Virus record (IMG/VR): IMGVR_UViG_3300044858_004015
Location: 1 to 62,651 of that record
Reading direction: 5' to 3' (one strand)
DNA: 62,651 bases
DNA from: a virus
Lineage: Duplodnaviria > Caudoviricetes
Below the pieces are notes generated by a model that saw nothing but the letters and a program-made list of their open reading frames with translations, was not told the DNA's origin and did no database searches. This document shows positions 37,560 to 46,500 of the stretch, piece after piece (within the stretch, counting starts at the first letter, position 1; each line of letters opens with the position of its first letter). The translations under genes were made by a program, and so were the position numbers.

Positions 37560-40500
37560 TTACGAGAAGGCTCCCGCCCTACCTTGCGACGATTTTTCAT
37601 TTACTTCTTTCAACCAATTCTCAGCGTCAAGAATGGCTGTTTTCAGCCTCTCCCCGCTTTTTGAATGCCAATTGCGGATCTTCATATCGGTTGACGCTGG
37701 AATAGTTTCGTCTTTGGCCTTCATGAAATTCCTAAACTTATGATCGTCAGCGTATGGGCTTTTTGCTGTTCTGCCGCCAGCAGCATCAAGACCTAAATGC
37801 GTGTTCAATCTTCTGACTATGTCTATTCCGCGCTTTTTAATTTCGTCTATGCGACTATCTGAATAGCCATGATCTCGCTTTCTGAGGCTACGGATTATCT
37901 CGGATACAGCACCCCAAGAGCTTCCACTGACCACTTTCCCGTCAGGGGCTGTACTCATTTTCTCGGCGATCCTGTGACCCTCTCGGAGTAAATCCCTGTA
38001 CTCTTCAATTGGATTTTGGCCGGAGGCTCTTTTAGCTGCCTCGGCCTCCAGTATCCTGGCGTGCTTCCGTAGGCGATCGACCTCGCCCTCTTGCCATTTT
38101 TGACTATACTCGGACGCGCCTTCTTTTTTCAACGATGCCAATTTTTGCTCTGCTTGTGCAAGCTTTAGAAGTGCGGTTCCGAGCGTCCTTACTTTGCTGC
38201 CCGCTTCTTTGGTTAGCCCTAAAAGCCTGATGGCAGATTCAACGCTGGCTACCTTCAGCCCTTCGCCTGGAATACTTACACTGAACTGGTGGACTATTTG
38301 GCGGCCAGTATGCTCGTTTGTTTCTGCCCTCGACCAGTCTGATCGCTTGACTTCTGATTCGCCGTCTTCGCTGATTTCCCATTGCCACTGCCAAGTGTAA
38401 GAGACGATAGATGCACCGGTTGGGCCAGTAATCGGCTTGACGAATACACCCCCTCCAGTCTTATCTCGCTTGGCTCCCTGCTGGATCGCGTCAGACTTGC
38501 TGGCCGCCGTAGCTTTAGGCTTGGCCTCAGCTTGCTTAGCTTTGTTGTCGATCCTGTCTTTAGGGATGAACTGCCCTCCATCGCTTTTGCCTGCTGATGC
38601 CCTTGGATGTTCGGACTCATCCCAGTTAAATGCCAGTTGTGATTTTCCGGCATATCGAAACATTTCTCCAGAAAGATCGCAATTCAGCCCCCAATACTTC
38701 ACCAGCTTAGCCGCATGATCGCGGATCGAAGAATACTTGATATGCTTCTTCACTTCAGGAAATCTCAGCGACAAAGGTTTCAGGATAGACTTCAAGTAGT
38801 CGTCATGGTCATATTCGGAAACAAAGTCGGCGGCTTCTGCTACGCTCAAGCCGGCTTGCATTGCTGAAATAAACGTGTGCGAGTCTTCTGATCCGGCTTT
38901 ATGTAGAGATTCCGCAGCTTTTGCTAGAAGTAGTTTTTCTTTGCTGTCAAGGTCTTGCCCGCGACTCCTGCGTTTCTCAAGTTGAGCCAATAAAGACCCC
39001 GCGTTATTGGCTGCGATGTGAGGCGGATCAAGCAATTCACTTTCGATCCCTGCCTGCTGAAATATCCTTCCAAGCCTAGATCGATCCATGGCCTGGTCGT
39101 CTTGGTAAATTCCCCAGGTAGTATCATTTTTCTTGACAGTTCCAAAATCGAAGAACTTCAATTGCCCTTGGCCATCCGTTCCAAATTGCAATTCGTCGTT
39201 GAAGGCATATCCGGCATCGTGAAGGCTCTTGATTAAATCTGCGGCTTGCCTGGCCTGTTCTGGAGTGTACTTGTCCAAAACGTTCAGCTTCTCTTGAATT
39301 GTGAAAACGCGATCGCCATGCTCGACTACCGATTGATTCGGCAGCCCTTTAACGCCAGCTCGCTTTAGGTTTTGGTAGGCGTCGAACTGCTGCTTAGCCG
39401 CTTTCCTGGCATTTTCAGGTGTTTGGTGCCCTGGCCCTCCAACTGCATGATATGGCACTGTCGTTGAGCTTTTGATAACATTCCCGTCCAGCGAGTCCCA
39501 GACTACAGAGTCATTACCCTTCCCGATGTACTTCGCACCGCCAGAGATGACGCGATCAATGGAAGCGTTCCCGCTGGAGCCATGAGGTGCTAGATACCGG
39601 ATGTCGCCGGTTAGATCGGCACGCATGTGCTGTAAGGATTCTTTCGGAACTTTAGCCGTCATGCCCCACTGGTTTGATACTAACGCATGGGATTCATCGA
39701 GCTTCGATATCTGCATTACGCTTGGATCATTACCGCGATGTGGGACCGCAGTAAATGAATGCCCTACTTCGGCGAACTGCCCTAATTCATCCCGAGGGTG
39801 TTTGGATTCGTCCCATGTAGCGCTATATCGATCAACGTCTACTTCTCTGGTTGGCTTGCTGTTTCCGGCTGCCACCATCTTCAATGCGACAAATCTCAGC
39901 GACAAAGGTTTCAGGATAGATTCCAGATCCTGGAGAACTGGAATAGCGTCATTAGTCCCAGAAAAACCTGCTAGCCTTCTTAATGCTTCTACCGCTACCG
40001 GCATAGAAGGGAATTCTTTTTGAATCTTCTTGGGTATCAACATCTCGGCAGTTATGCCAACCTGATGATCAAAATCCTTTTTTATGTATTCTTGTATCTC
40101 GCTTTCCGAGTATCCTCCCCGCTGGATTTCGGTCTTGATTTCATGATCGATATAGCGTTTCTTTGCCCATCGTCCTACAGCCTCAATCTGGTCGTTATTT
40201 AGCGTCTGAAGGAATGGGATGATCCTTTTTTTGACGTCATAGCCAAACCTGCCAGGCTGTTCACCAGTCCAGAAGACTTTCCCAATTGGGCCGCTTCGTA
40301 ATTGATCCCAAGTCTCTTTTTCTTTGGTCCGCTCTATGTGATCCTTAATTTCCTCCAGGCTTCGCTGCCTGACCGCCCTGAGCTTCGATTCCTGATCCGC
40401 CTTGACCGCTTTCATTTCGCCGTCAAATTGCTTTGGATTGGCCGTTTTCTTCTGTTGGCCGCTGAACAACCCATGCACTGGCATGAGCGATCCGCCTTTA

Positions 40501-43500
40501 TAGAACTTACCGTCAACATCAGATACCTCACCGCCAGGCTTGGCTCTTGGTTGCTCGACGTATCCTTCAGGTAAGTCCTTAGCCTTGGGGGTAGGCTTTT
40601 CCATGTTATGCGTAATCGATTCTAGCCAGGATCTTACCTTGGGCAGATTTTGATCAGGCGCGACACCGATGAAATTTCCGTCCATGGTATGGGCCTGTAC
40701 GCCATAGTTAGCCATTTCGGCACGCTTCCAACTATTGACGCGGCCTATGTGGAGCTTCTTGCCGCGCTTCTTAGCTTCTTTCATTAGTCTTGCGTGGTCA
40801 TAGTTGACACCCGATTTTTGCAGCTCGCTATCAGTCGGTCGAAGAGGATTGCCATCGATCGGATTGAAACCAAGCTTCCAAGCAGTGGAACCACCAATAA
40901 ATAAAACATCAAAATCGTCCCATGGAATTTGGTCAGTGTTTTTCTCGATGCCATCCTGGGCGACCCAGGCCACCGGAAACCCTCGATCGCGAATCTCTTT
41001 TAACCATGGCTTGCTGCGCTTAACAGTTTGTCGCCAGTCGCCGACAACATCCGGCGCGACCACAAACTTTACCTTTGCTTTCGATTCTGGATCTTTGGCT
41101 ACCTTATCGAGAAGCTTGCGAAACTTATCTTCGTCAAATGGAGCGCTGCCAGTGAATTCACTGTAAACACCGTTGTCGATCGCTATATGGCTGTAATCGG
41201 TAATATGCCCAACGTATTGCGGTGTATTGGGAGTAATCAATAAGCCGATGCCAGGATTTTTCCTGGCCTCATTACGCACTGGCTCACTACTGTGGCCAGT
41301 TAAAAAGCTTGTCGGATGATCTCCTACGACCTTATGGCGACGGCTAGACCATTCATCATGCGCGCTGCCTAATGCAGCGTGTTTAGGCGCAAACTGGCCT
41401 GGAAGCTTTCCATCATGCTTTTCCGTTTCACGAGGATGCTTGGATTCATCCCAGTCAAACATCAATTGAGACTTTCCAGCGTACCTAAACAACTCCCCCA
41501 GGCGCTCAGTGCTTAGCCCCCAATATTGAATCAGCTCAGCCGCGCGATCTCGGATTGACCCTGAACGCCCAAACTGCATTACCCGATCTTCAGGCGTTAC
41601 GCCATCGTCGAACATTAGCATTTGATCAGGATCGCCCTTGGTATCGAACATAGAAAGCTGCTTACCCTTAGTCGGAGCAACATCGAGCTTCGCTTTGCCT
41701 CTTGGAACGTTTGCTACGTCGCCGAATAGCCCCATTTGATCGTTTGGCTTTGCGTCGGAGTTAGTTCGGGTGTCGAAGGCGATGCCGGAAGAGGGCTGAT
41801 CTGATTGTGTTTCTCGCAGATCGCTAGACTTGACTTCAACGTTCCCTGACTTTCCTGGTCCATTATTGACCTGTTTCCAAAATTCTCCGACGTCAAGACC
41901 TGTTGAATTTTTGATGATTGACTTATGTTCATCACCGTACTTTGACAAAAATTCGGCCTTAGTGCTTCTCTTGGCGAATGTTACCAAGTTGCTATTTTTC
42001 TTGGGTAGCATTTCCTTTAGTTTCATGCGGTGTTCAAACTTGATTCGCCTGGGATGATTTTCGGACATGCTCTCAAAATCAAATGGACTGGCATGGATCA
42101 TCTCTGACATGTCCGAGTCAATTGGTTTTATTCCTACGAGATTACCCAAACCTCTCTTCTTCGCCCTAGCTTTAGCAACTTCGGATTGTGATATTGGCCT
42201 GTAAACTACTCCATTGTCAAACTTAAATGCGACGTAAGGATTGTGCGGATTTCCGTGTTCATCACCGCTTGAGTATTCTTTCCATTTTCCAGGATGCTTA
42301 CTGGCAAAATCCCTCAACGATGGCGACACTAGACTTAAATTGATCGTTGACGCTGAAGATGATGTCTCTTGGCCTGTGTCAGATTTCGGAGTATCTGACT
42401 TGTCGGCATTCTCTGGACTTGAAGAAGCATGCTGATTGCTTTTCTTTGGACTGCCTTTAGGAATCGCGATTCCAGCACTATCGAAACCGGATTCGTCAGA
42501 ATATGGACCGCCTCCAGCGTAGTCGCCGCGTTCTTTCAGTATGCTTCCGAACATGCCAATTTCAGCATCCAGCGAACGATGCATATCGTCTCGCTGGTCT
42601 TTAGAAATTTCTCCGCGCTGAAGCTTTCTGTTGTAACTGTTCTTGATTGAGTTCGCGTAGCTTATCGCGCGATGCAAACTGCGACTTCTCGCATCTTTAG
42701 GATTGCCAGTTACTTCGTTGAAATTGTCGGCAGACTCTTGCCAGCTCTTTTCGTCTTCGCTTAGATTTTCGGATTCTTCTTTATTTGACTGCTTAGCCGT
42801 AGGGGAGTTGGCTTTCGACACGTCAACGCTCTGCCGTAGTCGCTCGGCAGCCTGGCGGATCTCGACCGGCTTAGGAGTATCAATCCCATGCTGCTCCCAC
42901 ATTTGCCGACGTAGATCTTCAATGTCATTTACGCTAAGACCCTGAGAGACGTCCATTTTGCTTAGCCTGGCCTTCAGGTCGTCTTGCGGTGAAAGCTTCT
43001 GGCTTGCTGCTTTTGAATCGGACTGCGATCGCTCTTGGAACGCTTTACCAACAGCCGAGCCAAATTCCTTGTATCCGGAAAACTGCTTTCGAAACTTCTC
43101 TGGCATGTTAGCCCATGCTGTTTGGCCTTGCTGCTCAGCCTGAGCGCCGGTCTGGACGTGCCCGGCTTTGTCGATGATCCCCAGCGCGTGCTGGATAGCG
43201 TTATCCCGGTCAGTGGATTCGCCGCCAAGACTAGCAGCCGATGTCGGTTGGGGCGGCTTGCTGCCAGGTTTACCAGCTAACTTCAGTGCTTCTTCATTGG
43301 CCTTTCGGTGCTGGTTGTCTGTGTATTTCGTGAAACCAGCGCCGTGCATTGCTGATTGAGCCATGCCATCGGCCTTCTTCGTCGCTTCCGCAATTTTTTC
43401 AGCACGTCGCTGATACGCTTTTGGTTCAGGATCGTCAGCAAATTCGGGATGTGGCCCGTCCGCATCCATAACCAATGAATAAATTCCACTAGTGTGATAA

Positions 43501-46500
43501 TCAACCGGCTTCATGTGCGATCCAGTTTGATGATCGACCGCACCGAGCTTTCGCAGGACTTCGCGAATTGAGTTATTTTCTTCAGGTGTAAACGGCTCCA
43601 TTCCCGGCGGAAGAATGCTAACGCCCTTATCCTTGGTAGTATTGCGACGAACTTTTACGCCAGGAACCACTTCATTCAGAACGTCTTTTAGGTGTTGCTG
43701 TTCATCAGCGGTCATTTGCCGCGAAGATTTTGCGCGCGGCGTTTCTTTGTCCATTCGCTTAACAAAATCCTGGCGGGACTCGCCTTCACGTTGAGACCAT
43801 TTATCTGACTTCGCCGGTTCGACTGCCAGGGAAGCTTGATCATTGGACTTTGGCTGATCGATCGCCTTGATTTCGTCATGCCCTACCTCCTCGGTGGAGC
43901 CGTCATCGAATTTGACAGTGTGATCTGTGCCAATGATGTCGCCGCTTGCAGGCCCAACAATGGTGCCGTGCTTACCTTCCCACTCAACACGATCGCCCTC
44001 CTTGTGCGGAGATGGCCGGTTGATATTCCTGGCGCGTGCATCAGCCGCATCCTCACCGACTTTAGGCTGAGCAAATGTTGGCTGCGGTTTAGGTTTGCCT
44101 AGTTCTGCATCACCGCCATCTGAGGCTAGTTCCTTATCAAGCTCGCTCTGGATCTGATCAATCCTCTCTTTGGCATATCGCTTGCCTTCGACTGCCGTTG
44201 CATTGTCGAAAATGTTTTGCATTGTCATTTTCTGCTTATCGAGCTTCTCGACTCGCTTACGCTTCTCGGGATCTTCGATATCGCTTCGATCAACAATGGC
44301 TTGCGTGTTTACTTTGCCACTCTTGAATTTAGCCAGCGCAGTTGCAAGATAGGCTGGATCGCTTGGTACTGGGCTGTTATTCCAGTATGCCATAAACCGT
44401 TGTTGATCTTCCGGCGATAGCTCGGAAATGCCCTTAATGGCTTTCTCCCGAGTGGCTTTCGAATGTTCATCAAAATGCTTGAATATTTCTTGATTTCTCT
44501 TGTCTATGTCTTTGATTCTCTGCTCAGGTGTGGGCTGTAGCTCGGCAATCTGGTCGGAAATCAAAGGTGCCGCGTCCCTTTCAAGCTTTAGCCGTCGCTT
44601 CGATGCCGCCAGTCTTCGATTGTTTATTTCGCGTTCAACTGGTTCATCTGCAAACTTAAAATTGTTTCCCCGTAGCTGATCGGGATCTATAGCTAGGCCC
44701 GGCGGATTGCCACTTGGTTCGCTATCTGATTGCGGAAGCTTTTTGCTCGCTCTCTCTTCAAGGATTTCTGTAGAAGATTCGTTGATCTCTTCCGCCAGGT
44801 CAGGTCGTTGCTTAATTAGCCAGTTTTCAAAATTGCCAGCTCGATTCTCTGGAACCTCAGAAAGCAATCGATAAACGTCTTGCTTGCGAATCTTCGACGG
44901 ATGATCAGCGACGATCTTGCTAAAATTCTCATTGAATAAACGAGATTCTTCGGCAGAGTTTATCCCATCCTCTTTAGCTTGAAGCTCTCGATTACCTCGC
45001 TTGATCGCACCGGGAGCCATGGCTTTGATCGAAGCTTCGTCGACATCCTTCAGATCGCTTTGCTGGATCGGCTGACCGCCTGGCTCTCCAGGTTCTCTAA
45101 TCGTCAATCGTTTCGATTGTTTTTGATCTTCACCCCCAAAAGCTTCGCTCAGCTTTTGACCGGCAAACTTGCCGGTCTTCATTTCGCCATCTTTGCCGAT
45201 GTAGACCGGGTGCCCACCGTGCTTGCCGCCATCAGCACCGCTTTCACTTCCGATCGTGATCCATCGGCCACCATCGAGATCATCGAAAGACATTTGGCCC
45301 GGTGAAGACTTGGGTGACTTGCGAGCGTACTGCTCAAGATGTGGACCGAATCCCCAGAAGGCCATCAACTCCTTCATCGCAGCGATTCGAGAGAATTTTA
45401 CCTTCTCAGCCGATCCGTACTTTTCCTGGCGGAATGCTGCGAAGATCGCATCGAATGCGGGTGCCATCGCTTTAGCCTCTTCAGCATTTGGCCAGAGTGG
45501 ATGATCGCCGCCGAGACCCGATAGGTAGGTGTTTTGCCGTCCATCCTCTTCGAGCTTATGCTTGACGTGACGCTCAAATGTACGGGCAAACACTTCGCGA
45601 CCAGATGCCCAGTAGTCTTGGGCCTTGGCATGACTCATTGTCCCATTGCGAACTTCTTGCTGGAGAACTGTCCGCAATCGGTCTCGATATGGCTTACAGG
45701 CTTCCTTCCAGGAGTTGTAGGCTTTCCTGATGTCCGACCTTGATTTTTCTCGCATCGAAAAGCCTTTGTTTGGCTTGGCGTTATGCGGAGCGTCAAATGA
45801 TCTTCCAGTAGAATCATCAACGATTTCATGAGTGAATTCGCTATTTTCCGACATATAGCTAGTGTCTTTGAGGCTGGTCTTAAAATCCGCCAGCATGTGA
45901 TCGAAAGCATGCCCCCACTCGTGAGCTAGCGCCCCAACGCCACTCGCTCTGGTTAGATTGATAACCTTACTTCCAGGTTCGTAGTGTGCCGAAGCATTGC
46001 CTTTACCTCGAGCGCCGATCGCCAAACCGAGTTTACCGCCAAGGGAGAAGTCTTTCGGGTGTAAGCCAACAACGTCGGCCAGGTCTGTTATGGCCTCTAC
46101 GACTTTGCCTGCATGGTGCTTTCGTTCGTCGTCGGTAACCGAATTGCCCCACTGAACCCCACGAATCTGGAGTTCGTCGACCATGTGCTTAACGGCCTTA
46201 TTGGGGTCTGCCACGATCTTTGATACATCACGACCGCCCTCGCGCTTGGCATAGCTGACGTAGGCTTCAGACGGATCAAAACGACGCACTTTCTTTTTCT
46301 CAAGGCCGAAAACGTCAGTCATCGACTGCCCTTCGATCAAGTCCTGAGCGTGTCGCGTCAGATTACCCCAATATGCCCGCTTGGCCTCTATACTGCTCTT
46401 GGCGGCAGCGTCTAAGGACGTTCCGTATTTGCGCTCGACTTGCTTTACGAATTCGCCAAATCGGCCACCTACGCTTGTTTTGTTTCTGGAATATGGTGAA

